Positions 53,589 to 64,000 of a stretch of 64,000 nucleotides of DNA are shown here, piece by piece. How positions within the stretch are numbered: position 1 is the stretch's first letter; every line of letters begins with the position of its first letter. The notes below the pieces were generated by a model. It saw only the letters and a program-made list of their open reading frames with translations, was not told where the DNA came from and made no database searches. Location of the stretch: assembly GCA_020184695.1 (NCBI GenBank), contig JAANOX010000275.1:62001-126000 (forward strand), given 5' to 3'. The translations under genes and the position numbers were made by a program. The stretch comes from Histomonas meleagridis 2922-C6/04-290x (taxonomy: Eukaryota; Protista; Parabasalia).

Positions 53589-56500
53589 ATGAGTGAGGGA
53601 GAAACTGAAACAACGATGATGGAGTTCCGTATCTCCAAGCGAATCGGTTCTCATGGCCGCTCATGGACTATTGACGTTACCAAACTCGGGAAAGAAATTC
53701 TTGAAGAAGCGATGGATTTTTTGAAGTTTGACGATGAAGAAAGAGAAGGTGAACATTGTTTAGTCCATAAAATTAGCGAAGGATATAAGTTTATTAACCT
53801 TGAAAAGCCACTTAAGGAATCTATGCCCGTTGCACATAACGCGCTTGTCGTTTCTAAAGTCAAGAAAATCATCAAAATCACAAACTTGGAATGTACCCGT
53901 TCCATTTTGATTGATCTGACTGTCCCAATCTGTGAATACTTGTCAATGATCGCAGAGAAGCTTCGATTCCATTGTCAGGCAGATCAGTACACACTTTATA
54001 CCCTTACAGAGGAAACAGAGACAGAAGAACAAAAGATCAAGCAACCACTTGAGCAATTACAACCTATTGCACTCCAGACATCAAACACCGAAAAGCTTGT
54101 CTTCAAGCGTCGGTTTTACCTAATTTTTATTGATCATTTTGCCGATTATGATAACGCATTACACATCTTCCGAGATGTCAAACAAGCATATTTCGAAGGG
54201 CCGATTATGATTTCAAACAAAAAAGATGCGTTAGACATTTGTTATCCGTTATTGTATGCAAGTGCAGCCACTCCAAGTGAAGCTAAAGAAGTAATTGCTA
54301 ATCTTCAAAAAGGTGGTCCACTTAATGACTTATTACCACCGTGTGTTAAACAAAGTCCAAAGCTTCGTAAAAAGATCATTAAACTCTTCGAAGAAAGTCC
54401 ACCACTTGATCGTCACGAAGCAATTTCTCAGTTCATTCAAAAAGTTCGGCCGTTACCTGGCTACGGTTGTGAGGTTTACCCCGCCAAGTTGGTGCTGGGG
54501 AAGGGGCAGACCCAAAAAGTGCGCATGTTAGTTGGTCCGCGAGGTGTCACTGTTTACGATAAGGAAATGACCAAAATCATTCAAAACATTCATATCTTAA
54601 AGCTACAGTCATATTCCAAGCATCACAAGAAGTTAGCGATCAAATATGTCAAAGAAGGTAAAGGCGGTAAATCGGCAGTTGATATATCCACGTTTTCATT
54701 ACCGAAAGGTGATGCTATATATTCATATATCAAGGAAAACTTCCAAGTGTTATGTAACAGATACTTTAAGATGCGTGAACGACGTAACTTACGTGCCGCA
54801 GGTTTACTTGATCAAGACTTTAACTTCGAACTTGTCCAAGGTATGTACATGACTGTCATTGAAGCTGAAGCAGCAATTAAACAGTTCTTATTTGAAGCAG
54901 AGAAATTACCCGAAGTTGATTATACTGATTATGGATTAGTAGTAGCGACAACACCAGAACAATGTACATTTAATGATAAGACTATGACACAAGACTTTGT
55001 TGAATTAAAGAAATTCATTGGCGAAAGTACTAACACAGGTAAAATAGTCTTGAAGCGTATGCCAGTAATAGCATTAGAAGATATCATATTTGAAGGTGCA
55101 ATTAGAAGAATTAAAATGATACAAGAGAACTTAATTGAGTATCGTAATAATATATTTAATGCTAATATTAAAGATGCGAAGTTCTTCTTTAAGACTACAC
55201 TTGATTACTTAGGATTTACTATTGCAGCATTTCAAGAAGAGAATTTATCAGATACATTACAGAATGCTAAAGATGTATTAACTACTGTCTTTAAATTGGT
55301 GTCTGATAGTGACTCTAGATCACGTGGTATATCTGAAATATCGGGTCAAATTGTGGAATATATTAATCGTATTATTAATGAAATGCCAAATTCGATTGGA
55401 TTCATAGAGAAATCTAGATATGGAAGACCGAAGTCAGTTGAAGCAGATGAATCTGCTTTATCACAAGTTAATAATGGACAATTATCTATTTTAGCGTTTA
55501 TAATGTGTTTAGAAGACTTAAGTGAATATATTTATAGGAATCGAATTGAAATCTCTAAGTTAGAATTACAATATGATATCTTATGTACAAGTATTAATAA
55601 TATGATCATTGAATCTCAAAAGTTTGCAATTAATTTAATTAAGAAAGATGTATTAGATTCCGAATTATTTGAAATCATTTGTTCATTATTTACAGGTTTC
55701 ATTGACTTTAATAATTCATTTAATAAAGGTGTAGTCCATGAACCTTATTATAGTGAAATCAAACGAAGGATTTTACTTGTCTTTAAGACATTTGATTTGG
55801 TAAATATTCGATTCCTTAAAGATGGAGAAACTTCTTCTTATCGATTATTCCCAGGTACATTAATTCATATGTTCCATGCTATGAATGCATTACAAGATAT
55901 GGAACAAACTATAAAGACATTATTACAATATGATTTTGCTCGATCTAATCAAGAAGTAAATAATTCATTACAACAAGCATTGAATTTCATCCAAAAGACA
56001 GAAGATGTAACATTATCTAATTATAAGAAACTTCAAAGTAATCCAAATGATCAAAAACTAAGAAATAATTCAATTCAATTACTTCATGAAGCACGACAAA
56101 AGATGTTTGAATTATTTGAAGTGATTCAACCTTATTCTTCTATAGTTGATGCTACACAACAATTCTTTTCATTCTTTGAACTTCTTGAAAATTCATTACA
56201 TAGTTTAACATCTGGTAATACTTCACCTACTAATGTTGATACATGTATTAAATCTATAACTATATTAATTAAAGAAATGGCTGAAGATAATATTGAAAAT
56301 CAACAACAATGGATTGATCGATTAACTTCAACATTAAATAAGATGAAAGAACATTATGAGAAATTAGTAGAACATCCTACAGATGGACGATTATTACAAC
56401 CTTTACATGAATTAATGCATATAACATTAAAAGATGTTAATTTCATTCAGAAATATTTACCAATTGAAAAACATCGAACAATACCATTAATTATAGAATT

Positions 56501-59500
56501 AATTTCACCATTCTTAAAAGCTGCTTTAGGTAATCCTTATATGACTGATGAATATGAGAAATGTGATCATATTCATTTATATTCTCAAATGCATTATAAC
56601 TTAGCATTATTAATTAATATGTATTTAACTACTATTGAAAAGCCTTATATTAAAATATCTAAAGCTTTATATGAAGATATTTCAAAACGTGTTAAAGTAT
56701 TAGAAAAGATTTATATTGAATTAGCTAATGATCGATCATTAATAATGGATAATCCTTATGCATTTTCTATATCTTATAAAATAGAACATACAATTCAACA
56801 ATTAGAAATATCTGAAGCTAACTTAATTAAGTCTACTACAGAATTAGATACAATATTATTAAATTGTACATTTAGAAAATGTTTGGCATTATCTATGAAA
56901 TCTATACGTGATTATTTCGATGAAGTTGGTCGAATGCATATTAGTCCTTATCGTCCTTTGCCTACTACAGAAGGTATTACTGAATATCGAAAGAATTTAA
57001 TTAACTTTACTGCAGCTTTACGTAATGTAGCTACAATGCCTGGCGTAAATCAAGACGATGCTAAATTCTTAACAGATGAATCAAATCAAATAATGAAAAT
57101 GGTTGTAGATGTAACTAAAGCTGGTAAATCTCCTTCACATGATTTTGATAATTTAATTATTAATATTGAACGTTATATCCAAAGTTTATATATTAGAGGT
57201 GATCAAATTAATGAATTTAAGAATTCGAATGAAATTACTGAGAAAATTGATGAATTACAAAATGCTAATGAAAAGATTATCTATGGATTACCTACTACAG
57301 AAGCATTATTTGAACAATTATTATGTTCTACTATTGAATGGTTAACTAAATTTACTACATTAGATGTAAGTAATATATCTAAAAATGCTCAGGAATTTGT
57401 ATATGTTTGTAGTGAAGGATTTAAAGATTTAATTAATTTCTTAAATCCTTATATTAATAATCATAAATATGATGAAGATATTATTATTACATTAAGAGAT
57501 ACAATGTTACAAATAGATAATGCTTGTCCTCCAATACCTAAAGATATATTAAATGCTCCTAATCAACAACAAACTATTAATTTAATGCAACATGCATTTT
57601 TATCTTTAAAGGATTCCATTAATTATGCACGTCAATTCATTAAACTTAAATCAATCGAATTAAACTTCCAAAAACTTGAAGTATCAGTAGCATCAGAAAT
57701 CCAAGAATTAGGTGATGTATTATTAGAACAACTTGAAACACTTTCATCAGTATTTGAGAAACAATTACTTACACATGTAATAGTTAAACGTAGTCAACGA
57801 TTACAAGTTTTTATTTCTCAATTATATACATTCTTTAATAATAATTATCAAGTATTATTAAGTAAGAAGAATGAATTAGAATCAATCTTAGAAGCATTTT
57901 GTAGAGAAATTTCTCCTACATTAGAAGTCATTATTTATAATGTACAATTACTTCATCCATTATTTACAGATGATAAATTAATTGGTTCATGTATTAATTT
58001 CCAACAAAATGTATTACAAGTAGTTAAACGATTTGAACATCATCATATGACTTCTGCTTTAGCTCAACAATTCATTGAAAATGAAATGGCAAGAATGAAT
58101 CAAATGAAACAAACATTACTTGATATATTAGAAAATCCAATTGTTCAAAGTGATCAAGCATTATTAGATTTCATTAATAATTCACTTAAATTATTTGATC
58201 AATTACCAGAAGATTTAAGTACAATGAAACCATCACAATTACAATCACATTGTGATGAGATTTATAATATGTTATCTGAATTATTAAATAATTATTTAGG
58301 AATTCTTAATGATATAGGTGTAGCAGGAGATTTAGTAATTATGCAAAAAGGTTTAGGTAAATATGTATCTTGTGAACAAAAGAATATTTATATTACTGAT
58401 TCATTAATTGTTAAAGAACAACCTGTAGGTGAATCTGAATTAAATATATTATTTGATCAAATCCTTGATCAACTTTCTGATGTTACACCAATTTCTTTAT
58501 CGATGAATGAATATTTAATTGGTTATATGTATAAATTATCTCAAAAGAAGAATTTAATTCCTTCTTATATATCACATGCTCAAAATGTATTTTCACCTGA
58601 AATTTCTCAAGGTAATATTCCTGTAGTAATGGGTTCATTAAGGACTTTAGCTTGTTCTGAAAAAGATCCAATGAAATCTCATGTTCATTTACAAAGAACT
58701 ATGATTAAATGTATGGTTAAAGCTGCATTATTAGCTAAGAATTTATTAGAAATTCTTAAGAAGACTAAACCTGTAACTATTTATCATGAAGGTTTAATTA
58801 ATTTATTAGAACAAGCTGATTTATCAATGTTAATTGAACATCAAAATTTACCTTCTGCTTTATTAGCTTATCCTCAATTAAAACAAATAGCTGAATATAT
58901 ACCATTAGTTCAAATTACTGATGAAGAATTTTCAACAATATCAACACAATTCTTAGAATTTATGAATGAAGTTGATTCTTCTATATCTAATGATTTTATG
59001 ATTTCTTATGATCATATCTTAAATAAATTAGAAATGTCAGGTAAATATGATGAATTCATTCAAAAGGCTTCAACTCATTTATTATCTAATAATCGATGTA
59101 TATCATTTTGTATATCGAAAGCTGCTGAATTAACTTCTATGTTATTTGAATTTGAAAATATATTTAGTTCTGAAATGAATAATATTAATAATTCACAAAA
59201 TTCTAATCTTAAAGATGCTTTAACTTATTTACAAAATATTAATCAATATAAACCAATATTAATGCAATGGTTAAATCCTCCTGGTTCACAAGTAGAAAAC
59301 TTATTAAAAGTAAGTTTACAATCTTCAATAGAAAACTTAAAGTCACATTTGAATTTATGTTCTATGTGTTTAAATACACATCCTGAAAAAATTCCTTTAT
59401 ATTATTCTATGCCTAGAGCAGAATTAGAAAAAATTGAAAACTTAATTAAAAATAATCCAAATTCTTCAAAATATATGGAATTACTTAAATCTCTAAAAGA

Positions 59501-61964
59501 AGTTTCCAATCAAATTGATATTAAATGTGATGAAGTTTATGTTGAACTTACAAGTGAAAAAGCTAAAAAAGCATTTGGTACATTAATACCTCAAATGATT
59601 AATCTTGTACAAGAATTATCAAATATGGTAGGAGAAATAGAACAATATACTCTTATACAAAAAGAAGCGCCATTAGCTCAAGAAATTAAAGAAGATAATA
59701 TTGAAGAAATTAATATCGAAACTAATGAAGAAGAAAAGAAAGTAGAAGAAGAAATTAAACCTGATGTAGATCCTGATAAATTAGTATTAGATATTTATAA
59801 TGCAATTCAAGATAGATCTATTGATAAACTTAGGAATTTAGTTGATACATTATTATTAGTAATTGATAATACACCTAAACTTAAAATGTTAAAGAATTGG
59901 GCATTAGAAACTAAAGAAGCTATTGAAAATGGTAACTTTGCTATTCTTGAAAAGAATAAATCAATTCTTATCCAATATTTCACTGAAAACTTACCATGGC
60001 AAACTTCATTACTTAAATCAGTTCAAGGTATATTAAATGTTAATGATGCATTCATAGATCAACAAAGAGCATTAAATGAAATATTAATTTCATATATTGA
60101 TTCTAGTGATCGACCAGCAGAATTAAAGAAATTAGCAAAGATAGCAGCAGATTCTCAATCATTAACAGTCCATTCCTTTAAATTCTTTAGTAATATTGAA
60201 CAAGGAATTTATTTTGATTTTTATCAAACTTCTCAACAAATGTGGGCTTCATTATTATTATTATTTGGTAATCCTACTGATGTAGCTATTAAACGATCTT
60301 TTAGATCTTTGGCTAGATTATTAGCAGGTTTATCTTATGTAGTAGAAGATGCTTCATTCCAACAACCGAATAATGAATTTACTGAATTTGAAACTAAGAA
60401 ACTTAAGTTTTATTTGTCAGCTTCTTTAATTTATTATCATACTGCTTATGCTATTTCAACATTTGCTATTTCACCTTTCCAAGAAGTTTATGATTCTGTT
60501 ATGAAAGATTTCGAAGAAGAATTCCAAAATTGTTATAATCAATTTTCATTTTCAGCTGATGAAATGGTTAAAATGAATAATTCTCAAACTACTACTGATT
60601 CATTTAATAATAAACGTTCAGTGTTTGAGAAATCATTCCATGATTTTGAAGTATTAATTCAAACAACAGAAAGTTTAAAGGATTTAATTGAAGGAGCACA
60701 AGAACTTCAATCCAATTTACAACAATTATGTATTATATCTAAACAATTATCAGATGTATATGTACAACAACCTGATTCTGAAAGTGTTTCTAAATTACCT
60801 TCGAAATTTGTTATGCCTTCATTACCTACTGAAGAAGTTAATATCGATATAGCATTAAAGACCTTAGAAGAAATAATGAATAATTATCAAGAATCTCAAA
60901 TGAACCTTAAAAATCTTTTGTTCGATAAATCTTCAACTAATAATCAAGAAATTGTTGATTATGCTAATCAATTCTTTAAGACTTCAACTGAATTTATTAC
61001 TTCTTCATTACAATTTTCTATTGTTTCTGATGACATTTCAGCTCAAAGTGAAATTACGTTACAACTTTCTCAATTAACAAATGAAGTTGAAAAGATTAAT
61101 AAATCTATTAAAGATAGATTAATGTTAAGAAATGATTGGGCTGATGAAGCTAATCAATCATTTGAAGCTATTAAAGAAAAGATTACTGAAATCTTAAATA
61201 TTGCTAATAATGCTATGGAACATAAGAAAGAACAAAGTGCTGTAGCTGATGAAATTAAATCTGAAATTGAATCTTCGATTAAGGCTATATTGAATTCTCA
61301 AGCCCCAATAGAATCATTTATTTCTTCATTAAATGATAAGCCTCAAGGAATCCAACGTGAATGGGCTACTTCTTTATCAGAGTTATGTATTAATTCTACA
61401 AGATCATTCCAAAAGATTTTATTATATCTTTATAATCATCCAAAAGAAATATCAAAATCAATTCAAGATGTAGTTAACGCATCAAATGAAACATCAAAAT
61501 TAATTGAAAAGTTTATGGAGAACGTTAAGAATATTTCAAATCTGAATAACGATGAAGATAATGAAGATAAAGTTATTGAAGTAGCTAAATCATTAATTCA
61601 ACCAATTAAATTAATGATGAGTCAATTTAATAATAAATCTACTGAAGGTAAAGTTCATGCTGAAACTTTAAATGCTATTATTGGTGGTATAGATACTATT
61701 TGTAATACTGCTGAGAAATCTAAGAAAATTAGAATCGAAAAGGCTGAGGCTGCTAAACTTAGAGCTGAAAGAAGAGCTGCAGCTGAAGAAAGAAGAAGAA
61801 AGGCTGCTCAAGAAAGAAAGAATAAGGCTCCACCTTCTTCAGCTCCTATTAAGACTAAGGAAGAATTAATGAAGAGATTAAATCTTGAATCAAGAGTTAT
61901 AAGAGCAAGAATGTTACTCGAAAATCAACAAATGAGACTTGAAAAGTTCAATAGTTCTCACTAA
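53589..61964 (+). CDS. Talin-like protein (FERM head, long helical rod, C-terminal dimerisation-like helix)
   Basis: LVFKRRFY, FIQKVRPLPGYG, RMLVGPRGVTVYDKEMTKIIQ parallel talin F1-F3; ~2300 aa helical rod; terminal helix LNLESRVIRARMLLE. Confidence 0.7.
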   Translation: MSEGETETTMMEFRISKRIGSHGRSWTIDVTKLGKEILEEAMDFLKFDDEEREGEHCLVHKISEGYKFINLEKPLKESMPVAHNALVVSKVKKIIKITNLECTRSILIDLTVPICEYLSMIAEKLRFHCQADQYTLYTLTEETETEEQKIKQPLEQLQPIALQTSNTEKLVFKRRFYLIFIDHFADYDNALHIFRDVKQAYFEGPIMISNKKDALDICYPLLYASAATPSEAKEVIANLQKGGPLNDLLPPCVKQSPKLRKKIIKLFEESPPLDRHEAISQFIQKVRPLPGYGCEVYPAKLVLGKGQTQKVRMLVGPRGVTVYDKEMTKIIQNIHILKLQSYSKHHKKLAIKYVKEGKGGKSAVDISTFSLPKGDAIYSYIKENFQVLCNRYFKMRERRNLRAAGLLDQDFNFELVQGMYMTVIEAEAAIKQFLFEAEKLPEVDYTDYGLVVATTPEQCTFNDKTMTQDFVELKKFIGESTNTGKIVLKRMPVIALEDIIFEGAIRRIKMIQENLIEYRNNIFNANIKDAKFFFKTTLDYLGFTIAAFQEENLSDTLQNAKDVLTTVFKLVSDSDSRSRGISEISGQIVEYINRIINEMPNSIGFIEKSRYGRPKSVEADESALSQVNNGQLSILAFIMCLEDLSEYIYRNRIEISKLELQYDILCTSINNMIIESQKFAINLIKKDVLDSELFEIICSLFTGFIDFNNSFNKGVVHEPYYSEIKRRILLVFKTFDLVNIRFLKDGETSSYRLFPGTLIHMFHAMNALQDMEQTIKTLLQYDFARSNQEVNNSLQQALNFIQKTEDVTLSNYKKLQSNPNDQKLRNNSIQLLHEARQKMFELFEVIQPYSSIVDATQQFFSFFELLENSLHSLTSGNTSPTNVDTCIKSITILIKEMAEDNIENQQQWIDRLTSTLNKMKEHYEKLVEHPTDGRLLQPLHELMHITLKDVNFIQKYLPIEKHRTIPLIIELISPFLKAALGNPYMTDEYEKCDHIHLYSQMHYNLALLINMYLTTIEKPYIKISKALYEDISKRVKVLEKIYIELANDRSLIMDNPYAFSISYKIEHTIQQLEISEANLIKSTTELDTILLNCTFRKCLALSMKSIRDYFDEVGRMHISPYRPLPTTEGITEYRKNLINFTAALRNVATMPGVNQDDAKFLTDESNQIMKMVVDVTKAGKSPSHDFDNLIINIERYIQSLYIRGDQINEFKNSNEITEKIDELQNANEKIIYGLPTTEALFEQLLCSTIEWLTKFTTLDVSNISKNAQEFVYVCSEGFKDLINFLNPYINNHKYDEDIIITLRDTMLQIDNACPPIPKDILNAPNQQQTINLMQHAFLSLKDSINYARQFIKLKSIELNFQKLEVSVASEIQELGDVLLEQLETLSSVFEKQLLTHVIVKRSQRLQVFISQLYTFFNNNYQVLLSKKNELESILEAFCREISPTLEVIIYNVQLLHPLFTDDKLIGSCINFQQNVLQVVKRFEHHHMTSALAQQFIENEMARMNQMKQTLLDILENPIVQSDQALLDFINNSLKLFDQLPEDLSTMKPSQLQSHCDEIYNMLSELLNNYLGILNDIGVAGDLVIMQKGLGKYVSCEQKNIYITDSLIVKEQPVGESELNILFDQILDQLSDVTPISLSMNEYLIGYMYKLSQKKNLIPSYISHAQNVFSPEISQGNIPVVMGSLRTLACSEKDPMKSHVHLQRTMIKCMVKAALLAKNLLEILKKTKPVTIYHEGLINLLEQADLSMLIEHQNLPSALLAYPQLKQIAEYIPLVQITDEEFSTISTQFLEFMNEVDSSISNDFMISYDHILNKLEMSGKYDEFIQKASTHLLSNNRCISFCISKAAELTSMLFEFENIFSSEMNNINNSQNSNLKDALTYLQNINQYKPILMQWLNPPGSQVENLLKVSLQSSIENLKSHLNLCSMCLNTHPEKIPLYYSMPRAELEKIENLIKNNPNSSKYMELLKSLKEVSNQIDIKCDEVYVELTSEKAKKAFGTLIPQMINLVQELSNMVGEIEQYTLIQKEAPLAQEIKEDNIEEINIETNEEEKKVEEEIKPDVDPDKLVLDIYNAIQDRSIDKLRNLVDTLLLVIDNTPKLKMLKNWALETKEAIENGNFAILEKNKSILIQYFTENLPWQTSLLKSVQGILNVNDAFIDQQRALNEILISYIDSSDRPAELKKLAKIAADSQSLTVHSFKFFSNIEQGIYFDFYQTSQQMWASLLLLFGNPTDVAIKRSFRSLARLLAGLSYVVEDASFQQPNNEFTEFETKKLKFYLSASLIYYHTAYAISTFAISPFQEVYDSVMKDFEEEFQNCYNQFSFSADEMVKMNNSQTTTDSFNNKRSVFEKSFHDFEVLIQTTESLKDLIEGAQELQSNLQQLCIISKQLSDVYVQQPDSESVSKLPSKFVMPSLPTEEVNIDIALKTLEEIMNNYQESQMNLKNLLFDKSSTNNQEIVDYANQFFKTSTEFITSSLQFSIVSDDISAQSEITLQLSQLTNEVEKINKSIKDRLMLRNDWADEANQSFEAIKEKITEILNIANNAMEHKKEQSAVADEIKSEIESSIKAILNSQAPIESFISSLNDKPQGIQREWATSLSELCINSTRSFQKILLYLYNHPKEISKSIQDVVNASNETSKLIEKFMENVKNISNLNNDEDNEDKVIEVAKSLIQPIKLMMSQFNNKSTEGKVHAETLNAIIGGIDTICNTAEKSKKIRIEKAEAAKLRAERRAAAEERRRKAAQERKNKAPPSSAPIKTKEELMKRLNLESRVIRARMLLENQQMRLEKFNSSH

Positions 61965-62008
61965 AAAAAAAATTTGATTTTTTCATGTCACATGTCTGAC
62001 AAAGGAAA

Positions 62009-63016
62009 ATGTTTTTTGTGTTCTTTTGTTTGATATTTTCTTGGGATATACCACCGGAACCTGACATTACTCAATACACTTCTTTCAATAATCGAGTTGT
62101 ATATGAAAGTTCAGTGACAATTACTAATTGTATTTTTGAATCGATAATTTCAAGTTCACCAGGAACTGCTATTTGTTTAGTCAATTCCAACATGAATGCT
62201 TATATTTGTTATTCATCATTTATCAATTGTCGAAATACAAATTTAAATTATGAATTTTTACCGACAATTTATTTATCGACTAACGATCTTGTCATATATT
62301 CAAGTTACTGTGGTAATTGTACTAGTGAAGCTGTTGGTTCATTTCTTGCTGCAGAATCTATAAATCCAACCATCATCAATTATACATCCATGTATTCATG
62401 CCACGCTATTGATTCCAACATCTGTAGAATATATGTCTCACACACAATAAATTTTTTAAATTGCAATTTCACATCTAATTTTGCAACTCAATCTTCGGTA
62501 TTTTCACATTTTGAATCTAAAACCATTTCATTTTGTTATTTTACTAATAATTCGGGTTCAACGTTGATAACAATGACAGGTAATCAAAATCCATTTGAAG
62601 ATTTTTCATATTGCGCGTTTTATAAAAACACTATAATCCAAGAGCCTGGGAGCTTATGTGGAATATTTAGGTTGGGAGTCTTTATAGATACGCAACTTTA
62701 TAATTGCATATTTCAACATAATAATTTAGTAGATAGTGGAATGAGTTCGAGCTCGTCAATAAGTTTAATTCATTGCGTATATGATAAAGACATCGAATAT
62801 ATATCCGTTGGAAATATTTATTTGGTAAACTGTACTCAAAATGATGAAACAGTTCCATTGCCGAGTTGGCCAATGGAACCTTTGTATCCTTTGCCGATAA
62901 TGACTTACTATGGATACAAAAGAATATATAAGCAAAGGTACAGAATTTACGAGTTTTTGGGATTCAAATACGCTGAAATTGTTGATGATGAAAATGATTT
63001 CGAAAAAGAAATTTAA
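62009..63016 (+). CDS. Secreted/surface beta-helix-like protein
   Basis: Signal-like N-terminus; recurring N-C-x-F / F-x-N-N turns (ITNCIFES, SSFINCRN, NCNFTSN, YCAFYKN, NCIFQHN). Confidence 0.7.
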   Translation: MFFVFFCLIFSWDIPPEPDITQYTSFNNRVVYESSVTITNCIFESIISSSPGTAICLVNSNMNAYICYSSFINCRNTNLNYEFLPTIYLSTNDLVIYSSYCGNCTSEAVGSFLAAESINPTIINYTSMYSCHAIDSNICRIYVSHTINFLNCNFTSNFATQSSVFSHFESKTISFCYFTNNSGSTLITMTGNQNPFEDFSYCAFYKNTIIQEPGSLCGIFRLGVFIDTQLYNCIFQHNNLVDSGMSSSSSISLIHCVYDKDIEYISVGNIYLVNCTQNDETVPLPSWPMEPLYPLPIMTYYGYKRIYKQRYRIYEFLGFKYAEIVDDENDFEKEI

Positions 63017-63451
63017 ATAGAAATGTGTTTGTGAATAAATGCTATAATAAATTACCTGATTTTATTTTTATTTATTGGGGATGTTTTGATATTTAATTGT
63101 TCATTTATAAATTAAATCGTTTGAATTTATTATATAAATTTTCTTAAATTAATTTCTTTGATAAATAAATTAATTACTCTAAAATAATAAGCATTTAGAA
63201 TTTTACATGAAAAATAAGAATTGGCCAATCGATCTTGTTTATGAAATGGTGTTCTTTTGGAATTTAAAATCTTTCTTTTTTCATTGTCGAAGATAGAAAT
63301 TTCAGAAGAATTTGGTGAATTGACTTTTGAATGACTCAAATTTGAATAGATAACGGTTATTTTAATTGTGATAACCGTTTTCTCTTAAATCCTACCTCCC
63401 TCCTTTCAAATGAAAGAAATCACATCACCTTCCTACCTGACTTCATTTATC

Positions 63452-64000
63452 ATGGAGGAAATCCAAAATGAGCCTCTTCTGAGTTCAAAGGATATTGGAT
63501 CCCATAAAGAAGTCAAACCAAAGAGATGGTTTTATTGGTTTGCGGCTTTATGTGTAGGAATTGGTTTAGTTGTTGGAACTACAATTGGGTATATTTCATT
63601 CCATAAAACAACTTCTACAACACAAACAACAATAGATACAACTACAGTTGGATCATCAAATGGATTAAACACAGATTTCAACTCACTTACAATTTATCAA
63701 ATTATGGTTTCATCATTCCAAGGTGATGGTTCATCATGTTATTGCACAGGTTATGGTCCAAGTAGTCATAGAGGTAATCTTAAAGGTATCATTAATGCAC
63801 TTGATTATATTAAAGGTCTTAATGTTAATGCAATTTGGCTTACACCAGTATTTGATTCAACAGGTGGAACTGGTGGTTCATTACTTCAATCAACTGGTTA
63901 CTTTGCAACTGATTATTTCAACGTTGATCCAAAATTCGGTTCTAATAATGATCTTCGTAATCTTATCAAAGGTTGTCATGATCGTGGAATGTATATCTTT
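63452..64000 (+). CDS. Type II membrane-anchored GH13 alpha-amylase-family protein, 3' truncated by window edge
   Basis: Manual translation: MEEIQNEPLL, TM WFYWFAALCVGIGLVVGTTIGYISF, Thr-rich stalk, IYQIMVSSF, GNLKGIINALDYIKGLNVNAIWLTPVF, GYFATDYFNVDPKFGS; TCATT Inr at 63443. Confidence 0.9.
   Translation, partial: MEEIQNEPLLSSKDIGSHKEVKPKRWFYWFAALCVGIGLVVGTTIGYISFHKTTSTTQTTIDTTTVGSSNGLNTDFNSLTIYQIMVSSFQGDGSSCYCTGYGPSSHRGNLKGIINALDYIKGLNVNAIWLTPVFDSTGGTGGSLLQSTGYFATDYFNVDPKFGSNNDLRNLIKGCHDRGMYIF

Overview
AT-rich, gene-dense eukaryotic DNA, almost certainly from a parabasalid (Tritrichomonas/Trichomonas-like). This rests on BspA LRR surface proteins, a DUF3447-type ankyrin gene and Inr/M3/M5-type core promoter motifs. 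Scattered 1-bp homopolymer indels suggest a long-read assembly. 1-10.8 kb is a large inverted duplication (hypothetical gene, HMG-box gene, atypical Rho) around a single importin-beta gene; only the left arm carries a 912-bp decayed tyrosine-recombinase element, so filled and empty sites are both visible. Next come a candidate 36-aa myristoylated micropeptide, two BspA genes sharing a 1.3-kb core but with different ends, RPSA, TRAPPC8-like, GH15, Sds3-like and a type I surface protein. These are followed by an apparent clathrin-heavy-chain/HECT E3 fusion, a NAK-like pseudokinase, an IN-box protein, a 1853-aa repeat protein, CAPZA-like, an ankyrin gene, a 2791-aa talin-like protein and a membrane-anchored GH13 cut by the window edge. 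The top lead is the ankyrin gene (49459-52358). Its ten ankyrin units are intact 87-nt open blocks, each separated by an 82-86-nt AT-rich, frame-breaking spacer with no conserved GT-AG or AT-AC ends, implying an unconventional removal mechanism if the gene is expressed. All homology calls are by eye; no searches were run.
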